Below, in pieces: positions 42,576 to 51,758 of a DNA stretch of 64,000 bases. Position 1 is the stretch's first letter, and each line of letters begins with the position of its first letter. The notes beneath the pieces are model-generated. The model was not told the DNA's origin, did not search any database, and worked only from the letters and a program-made list of their open reading frames with translations. The stretch covers positions 224,001 through 288,000 of the forward strand of contig CAVYGB010000010.1 of the NCBI GenBank assembly GCA_963767925.1, in the 5' to 3' direction. A program made the translations under genes and the position numbers. This DNA is from an uncultured delta proteobacterium. GTDB lineage: Bacteria; Myxococcota_A; Polyangia; Fen-1088.

Positions 42576-43694
42576 ATGCTTGCAACCACGTCGGCAAGTA
42601 CGTCCGAGGACGTGGCCTCAGGTGCACGCACGGTGAGGGTCCTGTACGTCGACGACGAGCCCAGCTTGTGCCGGGCCTTCGTGAGGATGTTCGTCAACGA
42701 GGGCGACGTGGCCGTCACCACCTCGACCTCCGCGCTGGAGGCCTCCAGCCTGATCGAATCGGAGGCCTTCGACGTGATCGTCTCCGATCTGAGGATGCCG
42801 GCGATGGACGGGATCGAGTTCCTCTCGATCGCCCGGATCAAGCTGCCCGAGGCCCGCCGCCTGCTGGTGAGCGGGTACGCCGACCTCGACTCGGCCATCT
42901 CCGCCATCAACCGGGTGGGGGTCGATCGCCTGCTGACGAAGCCCTGGAACACAGGCGAGCTGGTGACCGCCATTCGCGCCGCCGCCGAACACGCCCGCCT
43001 GCTGCGGGAAAACGCCGACATGACCGAGGCCCTGCGCCACAAGAATCAGGCGCTGGCCGACATGAACCGCGAGCTGGATCGGCTCGTCGAGGAGCGCACC
43101 AACAACCTGCTCAACGGGCTGGTGTCAGCGCTCGATCTGCGCGACTCCGAGACCCAGTGGCACTCGCGGCGGGTGGGGCTTTATGCCCGGCGCCTGGCCC
43201 AGGAGCTCGGCGTGGGCGGGCGCGAGCTCGACGACATCGAACGGGGGGCCATGTTGCACGACATCGGCAAGATCGGAGTGCGGGACGCGGTCCTGCTCAA
43301 GCCCGGTCCCCTCAACGAGGAGGAGTGGCGCGAGATGCGCCGCCACCCCGCGCTCGGCTTCGACATCCTCAAGGACATCAAGTTCCTCGAGGGGGCGCGG
43401 CTGATCCCCCTGCACCACCAGGAGCGCTGGGACGGGTCGGGATACCCCGCGGGCCTGCGGGGCACGGACATCTGCCTGGGGGCCCGGGTCTTTGCCGTCG
43501 TGGACGCCTACGACGCCATCACCAGCAACCGGCCCTACCGGGCGGCCCGGGCCTACGAGGTGGCCCGGATGGAGATCCAGCGCTTCGCCGGCACCCAGTT
43601 CGATCCCCACGTGGTCGAGACCTGGATGCGCGTCCCCGCCGAAGAATGGGTACGAATCCGCCGCGAGCTCGAAGGCCTGGCAAACAAGGATTGA
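42576..43694 (+). CDS. Response regulator with HD-GYP phosphodiesterase domain
   Basis: YVDDE..SDLRMP..KPW receiver; LHDIGK; HHQERWDGSGYP. Confidence 0.94.
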   Translation: MLATTSASTSEDVASGARTVRVLYVDDEPSLCRAFVRMFVNEGDVAVTTSTSALEASSLIESEAFDVIVSDLRMPAMDGIEFLSIARIKLPEARRLLVSGYADLDSAISAINRVGVDRLLTKPWNTGELVTAIRAAAEHARLLRENADMTEALRHKNQALADMNRELDRLVEERTNNLLNGLVSALDLRDSETQWHSRRVGLYARRLAQELGVGGRELDDIERGAMLHDIGKIGVRDAVLLKPGPLNEEEWREMRRHPALGFDILKDIKFLEGARLIPLHHQERWDGSGYPAGLRGTDICLGARVFAVVDAYDAITSNRPYRAARAYEVARMEIQRFAGTQFDPHVVETWMRVPAEEWVRIRRELEGLANKD

Positions 43695-43715
43695 GAGCTC
43701 CCGGCTACTCTCCGG

Positions 43716-44063
43716 CTACTTGCCGGGTTTTTTCGGCGCTTCGAGCTGATCGATCTTGGCGGCGAGGATGAAGTCGTTCTCGGAGAGGCCGCCGATGGCG
43801 TGGGTCCAGAGCGTGATGTCGACGACGCTGTAGTGGATGGCGAGGTCGGGGTGGTGGCCCTCGGACTCCGCCAGCTCGGCCAGGCGGTTGACGAAGGCCA
43901 TGGCCTCGACGAAGTCGTTGTGGGTGAACCGCTTGCTGAGCTTCCGGTAATCGGGGGTGACCTGCCAGTCGCGGAGCTGGGGCATCAGCCGGCCGACGTC
44001 GTCGGGAGTCAGGCGGGGCACGGTGCCCTCGCAGGGCACGCACTTCTTGGCGGTGAGCTCCAT
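43716..44063 (-). CDS. phhB: Pterin-4-alpha-carbinolamine dehydratase
   Basis: CVPCEG, AESEGHHPDL, WTHAIGGLSENDFILAAKID. Confidence 0.93.
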   Translation of the reverse strand: MELTAKKCVPCEGTVPRLTPDDVGRLMPQLRDWQVTPDYRKLSKRFTHNDFVEAMAFVNRLAELAESEGHHPDLAIHYSVVDITLWTHAIGGLSENDFILAAKIDQLEAPKKPGK

Positions 44064-44134
44064 GGACAGCCTCCCTCCGGTTGCTGGAGATGGAGTTTGC
44101 ACCCTTTGGCCGACTTTGGCAGCCTGTTCCTCGA

Positions 44135-44518
44135 ATGTCGAACGCACTCACCAACGGGATCTTGGTGACGGTCAAGAGCGCCTACATGCCCGAGCGCTCG
44201 GCGCCGACGTTGCGACGGTTCGCCTTCGCCTATACCGTCACCATCGCCAACCAGGGCCGCGAGACCACCCAGCTCATGAGCCGCCACTGGGTGATCACGG
44301 ACAGCGAGGGGGAGGTGCAAGAAGTGCAGGGCGACGGGGTGGTGGGTGAGCAGCCGGTCCTGGCCCCCGGCGAGGCCTTCGAATACACAAGCTGGTGCGT
44401 CATCGCCACCCCCAGCGGGTCGATGCACGGGACGTATCAGATGGTGGGCGAGGAGGGCGCCCGCTTCGACGCCGAGATTGCCTCCTTCCGCCTCGGCATG
44501 CCCCATTCGCTCAACTGA
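44135..44518 (+). CDS. apaG: ApaG protein
   Basis: FAYTVTIAN, QLMSRHWVITD, GDGVVGEQP, GSMHGTY. Confidence 0.96.
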   Translation: MSNALTNGILVTVKSAYMPERSAPTLRRFAFAYTVTIANQGRETTQLMSRHWVITDSEGEVQEVQGDGVVGEQPVLAPGEAFEYTSWCVIATPSGSMHGTYQMVGEEGARFDAEIASFRLGMPHSLN

Positions 44519-45782
44519 GCGCTAGCAGCTCGGCGATCCGGGCGCCGCCGTCGACGGTCTTGATGGGGCGGCCGGCGGGGGAGGTGCGCGAGCGATCGGG
44601 ATTGAGGCCCAGCAGGTGGGCGACGGTGCGGTAGAGGTCGGGCACCGTGACGGGGCGGGAGCGGACCTGGTCGCCGTCGGCGTCGGACTCTCCGACCACC
44701 TGCCCGGGCCTGATCCCGCCGCCCCCCAGCAGCACCGAGCTGCAGGCCGGGTGGTGGTCGCGGCCGCCCCGCTCGTTGATGCGGGGGGTGCGCCCGAAGT
44801 CTCCGGCGCACACGAGGAGGGTCGAGCCGAGCAAGCCCCGTCCGGCCAGATCGTCGACCAGCGCAGACAGCCCCTGGTCGAGCGTCCCGCACAGGGTCTT
44901 GACCCGGTTGAAGTTGTCCTCGTGGGTGTCCCAGCCGTTGAGGGTCACCTCGACGAAGGGGACCCCCGCCTCGACCAGCCGGCGCGCCATCAGGCAGCCG
45001 GCCCCGAACTCGCTGCTCCCGTAGGCCTCCTTGACCGACTCGGGCTCCTCCTCGACCTGGAAGGCCCGGGAGCCGCTCGACTGCATGAGGGTCAAGGCCT
45101 GCTCGGCCACCTGGCGGCGGCTGCCCACGTAGCCGCCGCCGCGGCTGGCGGCAAACTGATCTTCGAGCTGGCGCCAGACGGTCAACCGCCGGGCGAAACG
45201 CGGCCCCTCGATGCCGCGGGCGGGGGCCAGGTGGCGCACGGGGCGCAGGGGGTTCTTCACCGGGAAGGGGGAATAGGCGCTCGACAGGAAGCCGGAGTCC
45301 TCGCCGGGGCCGGCGATGGCCACGTAGCCGGGCAGTCCGCTGGCCACGCCCCGTCGGGTCTCGGCCACCATCGAGCCGAAGGCGGGATGGTCGGCCCCGC
45401 CGGCCGGCGCGTAGCCGGTGTGCATGAGATGGCGGGCCCGATCGTGGTTGCCTTCCTTGGCGGTGAGCGAGCGGACGAGGGCGAGCTGTTTCATCCGCTC
45501 GGCCAGCCGGGGCAGATGCTCGCAGATCTGCAGCCCGTCGACGCTGGTGGCGACGGGCCGGAACTCCCCCCCGCCGGGACGGCCGGGTTTGAGATCGAAG
45601 GTGTCGATATGGCTGGGGCCCCCGGCCAGGTAGAGGAAGATGCAGGAGCGGGCGGGGCCGGCGCCCGCGGGGGGACCATCGGCCCGGGCCGGGCGCTGGT
45701 ACGACAGGGCCGGCAGCGCGCCGGCCAGGGCGCCGGTGGCGCCGAAGCGAAGCAGGGTTCGTCGCGAGGGGAGCTGGCTCAT
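44511..45782 (-). CDS. DUF1501 family protein with Tat-like signal
   Basis: SRRTLL signal, GGPSHIDTFDLKP, ARRLVEAGVPFVEV, GWDTH, GDFGRTP, GRDH. Confidence 0.9.
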   Translation of the reverse strand: MSQLPSRRTLLRFGATGALAGALPALSYQRPARADGPPAGAGPARSCIFLYLAGGPSHIDTFDLKPGRPGGGEFRPVATSVDGLQICEHLPRLAERMKQLALVRSLTAKEGNHDRARHLMHTGYAPAGGADHPAFGSMVAETRRGVASGLPGYVAIAGPGEDSGFLSSAYSPFPVKNPLRPVRHLAPARGIEGPRFARRLTVWRQLEDQFAASRGGGYVGSRRQVAEQALTLMQSSGSRAFQVEEEPESVKEAYGSSEFGAGCLMARRLVEAGVPFVEVTLNGWDTHEDNFNRVKTLCGTLDQGLSALVDDLAGRGLLGSTLLVCAGDFGRTPRINERGGRDHHPACSSVLLGGGGIRPGQVVGESDADGDQVRSRPVTVPDLYRTVAHLLGLNPDRSRTSPAGRPIKTVDGGARIAELLALS

Positions 45783-45795
45783 GGTCGGTTCTCCG

Positions 45796-47466
45796 TCAGT
45801 GGTTGGTGACCGACTCGCTGGAGATGAGCAGCGAGAAGAAGAGGTCCTCGTAGACGCGCCGGACGCCCCCCGGGCCTTCCGCCGCGCTGGCCTCGGCCAG
45901 GGCCGGCAGGAGCCAGCGCTCCTCCTGGGCCCGCGGCGAACGGCCGTAGACCGCCAGGAACATCTCTCGCAGCCGCTCGGCCGGGTTGCGCGTGCGGCGC
46001 AGGATGCCGTCGAGCACGCCGTCCTCACCAGACCGGGCCCCCCCGTTGGTGATCTCGCCGTTCAGCAGCAGCAGAGCCTGCGGCATGCTGCCGTCGAAGG
46101 TGTCGGTGTCGGCCATCTCGTCGTCCTCGAAGGTGAAGCGGTACTCGCGCAAGGCCCGCTCGATCTGCCGCTCGCCCCGGTCCTGGTTGCGCCGTCGCAC
46201 CATCTGATCGGCGCCGGTGGCGGTGAGGAGGCTCCGGAAGAGCTGTTCGGGGGTGAGGGGGCGGACGCGGGCCTGGGCAAAGGCGCGCAGGGCGGCGCCG
46301 CCGTCGTCGGGCAGGCCCTCGGGGCGGGCCGAGCTGCGGGCGTAGGCCGGCGAGAGCACGATCCGGCGCAGCAGCGCCTTGATGTCGTAGCCGCTGCCCC
46401 GGAAGTCGGCGGCCAGCCGGACCAGCATGGCGGGGTGCTTGGGATCGTTCTCGGCGCCGAGGTCGTCCCAGGGGTCGGCGAGGCCCTGACCGAAGAGCTG
46501 GCTCCAGGTCCGGGCCACCATCGCCTTGGCGAACAGGTCCGACTCGACGAGGGCCCGGGCCAAAGTGGTGCGGCGGCCTTCGTCGGGCGGGGCGGCCAGC
46601 GGGCGGCCGAGGAACCGCGGGGGCACCACGACGTCGGTCTCCGAGCGCGGGGGCCGCATGCGGGCCTCACCCCGGCGCTGGTCGAACACGAGGAAGCTGG
46701 GGGGGCCGGCCATCGGCGCCACGTCGGACATCATGTCCGCCATGGTGTTCTTGTTCCGGCGCACCCGCGTGCGGGCGAAGTAGCCGACCAGGCCGTAGAA
46801 GTCCTCCTGCTTCCAGCGGGGATCGTAGGGGTGGTCGTGGCACTGGGCGCACTGGATCTGCAGGCCGAGGAACAGCCGGGCGGCCCCGCCCGCCATCGCC
46901 TCGGCGCCCCCGCCGCCGCGCGCGCGGGCGGCGAGGAAGGCGGCGGCGCCGTTGTCCGCCACGTCTCCGCTGGCGGTCAGCAGCTCGAACACGATGCGGT
47001 CGTAGGGCCGGTTCTCGTTGAAGGCGGTCACCAGCCAGGCGCGAGGGTCTTGCCGGTCGACCTGGCGCGGGCGCTTGCCCCCCTCGTTCCGCCACAGCAG
47101 ATCGCTGTACAGATCGGCGAAGTGTTCGGCCAGCTCGGGGCTCGCCAGCAGGCGATCGACGAGGCGCTGGCGCCGGTCGGGCGCGGGGTCGGCCAGGAAA
47201 GCGCGGGTCTCGGGCAAGGTCGGAACGCGACCGATCAGATCGAGACTGGCCCGACGCAAGAGCTCGGCGTCGCTGGCCGGCGGCGCGATCTCGAGGTCGG
47301 CCTTCAGCCAGGAGGAGACGAGCAGCTCCTCGAGGGGAGCGGGCGCCTCGCTCGGGCCGACCCTTGACGCGGCGGGGACGCCGAGCCCGCTGCGGGTCGC
47401 CGAGCAGCCGCCGGCCAACGCAAGGCAGCCGGCCAGAAACGGCTGCAGAAAACGGAGCTTCCGCAT
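45796..47466 (-). CDS. DUF1549/DUF1553 (planctomycete-type) lipoprotein
   Basis: LRRASLDLIGRVPT, FLGLQIQCAQCHDHP, RPLTPEQL, PQALLLLNG; lipobox AGGC. Confidence 0.9.
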   Translation of the reverse strand: MRKLRFLQPFLAGCLALAGGCSATRSGLGVPAASRVGPSEAPAPLEELLVSSWLKADLEIAPPASDAELLRRASLDLIGRVPTLPETRAFLADPAPDRRQRLVDRLLASPELAEHFADLYSDLLWRNEGGKRPRQVDRQDPRAWLVTAFNENRPYDRIVFELLTASGDVADNGAAAFLAARARGGGGAEAMAGGAARLFLGLQIQCAQCHDHPYDPRWKQEDFYGLVGYFARTRVRRNKNTMADMMSDVAPMAGPPSFLVFDQRRGEARMRPPRSETDVVVPPRFLGRPLAAPPDEGRRTTLARALVESDLFAKAMVARTWSQLFGQGLADPWDDLGAENDPKHPAMLVRLAADFRGSGYDIKALLRRIVLSPAYARSSARPEGLPDDGGAALRAFAQARVRPLTPEQLFRSLLTATGADQMVRRRNQDRGERQIERALREYRFTFEDDEMADTDTFDGSMPQALLLLNGEITNGGARSGEDGVLDGILRRTRNPAERLREMFLAVYGRSPRAQEERWLLPALAEASAAEGPGGVRRVYEDLFFSLLISSESVTNH

Positions 47467-47584
47467 CGCGATGCCTCCCTACCCTCTACTTCGGTATCGG
47501 GCGATTTCAATGACCCTGAAACAACCCCTCAGGTTACGGGCCACCCCGATTTGTGGGTGACCGGCGAGGGTGTAAGCTCTGCGC

Positions 47585-48334
47585 GTGCTCCTCCTCGCAG
47601 GCACCAGCGGTTACAGCTACGCGCCGTGGAAAGGCGCATTTTATCCGGAGAAGCTACCGGCGGCCAAGATGCTGGGCTACTACGCGACCCGGCTGCCCAC
47701 CGTCGAGATCAACAACACCTTTTATCGGATGCCCCGCCCCGAGGCCCTCGCCGCCTGGGGACAGGAGGTGCCCGAGAGCTTCCGCTTCGCGGTGAAGGCG
47801 CCCCGCCGGATCACGCACGAGCGGCGGCTGGCCGGCGCCGAGGAGGCGGTCGAGCAGCTCTTCGCCGCGACGGCGTCGATGGGCGGCAAGCTCGGTCCGG
47901 TGCTGTTCCAGCTTCCCCCCAACCAGCGCCAGGATCTGCCGCGGCTGGAGGCCTTTCTCACCCACCTGCGCCAGGTGGCCCCCGCGGCGCTGCCGGCCTT
48001 CGAGTTCCGGCACACCTCCTGGTTCGCGCCCGAGGTGTACGCCGCGCTCGAGCGGCAGGGCGTGGCCCTGTGCATCTCCGACTCCGAGGAGATCGCCACG
48101 CCGGTGGTGGCCACTGCGCCCTGGGGATACCTGCGGCTGCGCCGGCAGGACTACGACGATGCCGCCATCGCGACCTGGGCCGAGCGGATCGGGGCCCAGG
48201 CCTGGAAGGAGGCCTTCGTCTTCTTCAAGCACGAGGACGACGGCAAAGGTCCCCGGCTGGCCGAGCAACTTTTGACGCAATGGCCCGGCGATCGCCCGGT
48301 GGCAGCCGGGGCGGCAGGCGGAGGTTCCGCGTGA
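47585..48334 (+). CDS. DUF72 family protein
   Basis: GTSGYSY..WKGAFYP, VEINNTFY, FAVKAP, LFQLPP, EFRH, YLRL. Confidence 0.92.
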   Translation: MLLLAGTSGYSYAPWKGAFYPEKLPAAKMLGYYATRLPTVEINNTFYRMPRPEALAAWGQEVPESFRFAVKAPRRITHERRLAGAEEAVEQLFAATASMGGKLGPVLFQLPPNQRQDLPRLEAFLTHLRQVAPAALPAFEFRHTSWFAPEVYAALERQGVALCISDSEEIATPVVATAPWGYLRLRRQDYDDAAIATWAERIGAQAWKEAFVFFKHEDDGKGPRLAEQLLTQWPGDRPVAAGAAGGGSA

Positions 48335-48374
48335 TTATTTCGGCTGCCTCATACCTGAACCTATAATTTCTTAC

Positions 48375-49325
48375 ATGCCCGCTCGCGCGATCGGAACTGG
48401 AAGCATCTCGTTCGGCCTCGTCGCCATCCCGGTGAAGCTCTATCCGGCGACGCAGTCGACGAGCGCCATCTCCTTCAACCTCCTGCACCAGCCGCCCTGC
48501 GGATCGCGGCTCAAGCAGCAGTACATCTGCGCCAAGGAGGAGGTGATCGTCCCGCGCGACGAGATGGTCAAGGGGTACGAGTTCGCCAAGGACCAGTACG
48601 TTGTCTTCACCCCCCAGGAGCTGAAGTCGCTCGAGGAGCGGGCCAGCCCGACCATCGACATCACCGAGTTCGTGCCGCTGTCGCAGATCGACCCGATGTA
48701 CTTCGACAAGCCCTATTACGTCGCCCCCGAGAAGGGCGGGGAGAAGGCCTACCACCTGCTGGCCGAGGTGATGCGGGAGAGCGGCCGCACCGCCCTCGCC
48801 CGCTACGCCGCCCGGGGCAAGCAGTACCTCGTGATGATCCGCCCGATCGAGCAGGGGCTGGTGATGCAGCAGCTCCTCTACTCCGACGAGGTGCGCACGC
48901 TGGCCGACGTGCCGATGCCGGACGCTCCTGTGGTGCGCGAGTCGGAGCTGAAGCTCGCCAAGCAGCTCGTCGAGCAGATCTCGAGCGAGACCTTCGAGCC
49001 CGGCAAATACGAGGACGACGTCAAGAAGCGGATCAAGGCCGACATCGACCGGAAGGCGGCGGGGCAGGAGTTCGAGCTGGCGCCCTCCGAGGAGGCGCCC
49101 GCCCAGGTCATCGACCTCATGGAGGCGCTGAAGGCCAGCCTCGAGGCCGGCGGCGGCAAGCGTGGGGGCAAGAGCAGCCGGGCGGCCAGGAGCGACGACG
49201 GGGACGACGAGGTCACCGAGGAGCGGCACCCGGCCCGCCGGGCCGCCGGCGGCGGCGACGCCTCCGACGAGCCGGCCGAGAAGGCCGAGAAGGCCGCCCC
49301 TCGCAAGCGCGGCGCGAAGAGGTAG
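48375..49325 (+). CDS. ku: Non-homologous end-joining protein Ku
   Basis: GSISFGLVAIPVKLY, VKGYE, IDLMEALKASL, basic tail. Confidence 0.95.
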   Translation: MPARAIGTGSISFGLVAIPVKLYPATQSTSAISFNLLHQPPCGSRLKQQYICAKEEVIVPRDEMVKGYEFAKDQYVVFTPQELKSLEERASPTIDITEFVPLSQIDPMYFDKPYYVAPEKGGEKAYHLLAEVMRESGRTALARYAARGKQYLVMIRPIEQGLVMQQLLYSDEVRTLADVPMPDAPVVRESELKLAKQLVEQISSETFEPGKYEDDVKKRIKADIDRKAAGQEFELAPSEEAPAQVIDLMEALKASLEAGGGKRGGKSSRAARSDDGDDEVTEERHPARRAAGGGDASDEPAEKAEKAAPRKRGAKR

Positions 49326-49332
49326 CGGCCGC

Positions 49333-50130
49333 TCAAAAGGCGATGATCGCGGCGAAGCGGCCGTAGGCGGCGGTGGGAGAGAGGGCGCCCAGCGGGACCG
49401 GGTCCACGGGGATGGTGCGGACGGTGGGGGCGGTCTCGTTGGTGGGGCCGCGGTGCTCCAGGGTGTAGTCGAGCGCGGTCCCCGCGAAGGCGCCGATCTC
49501 GACGGCGAAAGCCACCGCCAGCATGGCGGCGCCGGTGGTCCGGACGGCGATGAGCGCCCGGGGCTGCAGGCGCAGGCCGAGGCTCGCCCGACCGAGCAGG
49601 CCCAGGGCGGACGCCTCCAGGGTGCCGCTGCCGAAGGGCTGCAGGTTCAGCCGGCTGCGGGTGCCGCCCACCGCCACGGTGGCGTAGGGCTGCAGGGCGC
49701 TTTCGGCACGCCAGCGGACGGCGGCCCCCGCCAGCAGCGAGCGTGCCTTCAGCTCACCCGTGATGCGGCCGCTGTAAGAGCCGCCCTGGTAGATCTGCGA
49801 GCTGGAGGCCACGGGACGCGGCTCCTGCTTCTCGTTGAACGTCCCGAGGGTCACCGCGAGGCGGGTGCTCTGCCCGAGTCGGAGCAGATCGTAGCCCACC
49901 TCCAGCCCCAGGGCGCTCCAGGACCTGTCGCTCTGCCACATGTGGTGTCCGTCGTCGAGGCGCCGCAGGCCATAGACGTCGGCCGAGAAGGTGAGCCCTC
50001 TCAGATCGCCGGGCCCGGGGGCGGGGGCGCGCAGGGCCGGCTGGGCCGAGAGGGGGGCGGGCGCGCCGATCGCCAGGGCGGCCGTCAGCCCGGTGGCCAG
50101 GGAACCGAGGCGGCGGGTGACGGCGTTCAT
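49333..50130 (-). CDS. Putative outer-membrane beta-barrel protein
   Basis: Signal peptide, amphipathic strands (LGLEVGYDL, QPYATVAVGG), terminal Phe. Confidence 0.6.
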   Translation of the reverse strand: MNAVTRRLGSLATGLTAALAIGAPAPLSAQPALRAPAPGPGDLRGLTFSADVYGLRRLDDGHHMWQSDRSWSALGLEVGYDLLRLGQSTRLAVTLGTFNEKQEPRPVASSSQIYQGGSYSGRITGELKARSLLAGAAVRWRAESALQPYATVAVGGTRSRLNLQPFGSGTLEASALGLLGRASLGLRLQPRALIAVRTTGAAMLAVAFAVEIGAFAGTALDYTLEHRGPTNETAPTVRTIPVDPVPLGALSPTAAYGRFAAIIAF

Positions 50131-51758
50131 GGCTGGCTCCGATCGAAGAGGCCCGTGTAGAGGAATCCCACCAGGGAGCGGGCGGTCTCGCGCTCGGGCT
50201 TCTCGGCGTCGAGCACGGTGAGGGCCCCGCTGGCGAACTGGTGGTCGACGACGACGAAGCGCTTGCCGCCGGCCGAGGGGTCGAGGGGAAAGATCCCCGC
50301 CGCCGGCAGGTCGAGCCGCACCTCGCTGGCCGTGAGCCGCGACAGCGCCAGGCGACCCACCCGGGTCGCCGAATAGGGCAACAGCCACATCTCGTCGGCG
50401 GGGGCGGGCGCGGGCTTGATCTGGTGGAGCGGATCGCCGCCCAGCGGTGACACGGTTCGCCGGTTGAGGTCGATGACCGAGAGTCCGGCGACGGAGGGGC
50501 CGTTCGTCCCGTGGTTGGCCAGCACGACCCCCCGGTCGGCCAGCGGCAGGAACTCCCGCACCGAGGTCGACATCGGGCGCAGCTCCAGATTGCGGCCCTT
50601 CAGCTCCTCGAGGCGATCGAGGTCGAGGAAGCCGATCTGGCCGCCGTCGGCCGACAGCAGCAGGGCACGCGGACGGCGTGCGCTCTCGGCGGGGGAGGAA
50701 CCCTCGAAGAGCAGGATCCGCTCGGCCCGGGCCTCGAGATCGAAGGTGACGACCCGGCTCGTGCGGGCGTCGATCACCGCGGCCTGGCCCCGGTCGGGGC
50801 TGAGCAGCAACAGGCGGGAGCCCTCGGACGCCTGGTAGAGGGCCATGTCGCTGGGATAGGCCCCGCTGCCGAGGAGGCTGAGCACCGGCCGGAAGTCGTT
50901 GCCCCGATCGGCCAGGGGCAGGGGCGCCGGCGTCAGGCGGAGGGCCACGATGTCGTTCGACCCCTCCGAGCGGATGAAGAGGGTCGGGTCGCTGGCCCCG
51001 GCCGCGCTGGCGCTGCCCGCCTCGAACAGGACCTGCAGCGGGCGAACCGTCTGCGGCTCGTCGGCCCGGGTGAGCGAGATGGTGATCTCGGTGCGGTCGT
51101 GGTCGAGGTCGAGGAGGGTCACGTAGTTCTTCGACAGCACGACCGCCAGGCGGACCATCCGGGGCGTCGGGCCGCCGAGGGCGAGCGGCGGCGAGAACAC
51201 GACCGCCTCCGGGACCCCGCCGTAGCTGCGCAGGGCCCGCGAGGGCGCGGGCGCGGCGCCCGGCGCGGCCCCCTCGAGATCGAGGACCGCCACCTCGTTG
51301 GGGTTGACCAGCAGGCTGGGATCGCCCCCCTGCGGAGCGTGGTGCAGGACCACGAAGCGCCCGTCGGGGGAGACCGCCATCGAGCCGAAGCGGTTGGTCA
51401 GGGCGTGGCGCCGCCCGGTCTTGCCGGCCTCGGTGGGCACCACCGAGAGCGTGGCGGGCTCGGGGGTCAAGCCCGGCTCGTCGGGCACCCCGCGCGCCAG
51501 GACGAGGAGCTCGTCCCGGCCCGGGCGGGGCACGGCGCTCACGGGGTTCTGCCCCACCGGCTCGGTCCGGGCCTGCAGGGGCACGAGGGCCGGGTCGACG
51601 ATGAAGGCCTGCGAGGTGGCCATATCGAGGTAGGCCAGCCGGGAGCCGACGGCCACCGGGGGCAGCGGGTTGGGCGTGGGGTGATGCCCCTCGTCACCGC
51701 CGCAGGCTCCCGCCAGGGCGACGAGCGGGACGAGAATCGCGAAGCGGGAGCGGGTCAT
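50127..51758 (-). CDS. Lipoprotein, beta-propeller-like
   Basis: LAGAC lipobox, 'AVSPDGRFVVL', repeated (V/L)xDL strand ends. Confidence 0.7.
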   Translation of the reverse strand: MTRSRFAILVPLVALAGACGGDEGHHPTPNPLPPVAVGSRLAYLDMATSQAFIVDPALVPLQARTEPVGQNPVSAVPRPGRDELLVLARGVPDEPGLTPEPATLSVVPTEAGKTGRRHALTNRFGSMAVSPDGRFVVLHHAPQGGDPSLLVNPNEVAVLDLEGAAPGAAPAPSRALRSYGGVPEAVVFSPPLALGGPTPRMVRLAVVLSKNYVTLLDLDHDRTEITISLTRADEPQTVRPLQVLFEAGSASAAGASDPTLFIRSEGSNDIVALRLTPAPLPLADRGNDFRPVLSLLGSGAYPSDMALYQASEGSRLLLLSPDRGQAAVIDARTSRVVTFDLEARAERILLFEGSSPAESARRPRALLLSADGGQIGFLDLDRLEELKGRNLELRPMSTSVREFLPLADRGVVLANHGTNGPSVAGLSVIDLNRRTVSPLGGDPLHQIKPAPAPADEMWLLPYSATRVGRLALSRLTASEVRLDLPAAGIFPLDPSAGGKRFVVVDHQFASGALTVLDAEKPERETARSLVGFLYTGLFDRSQP

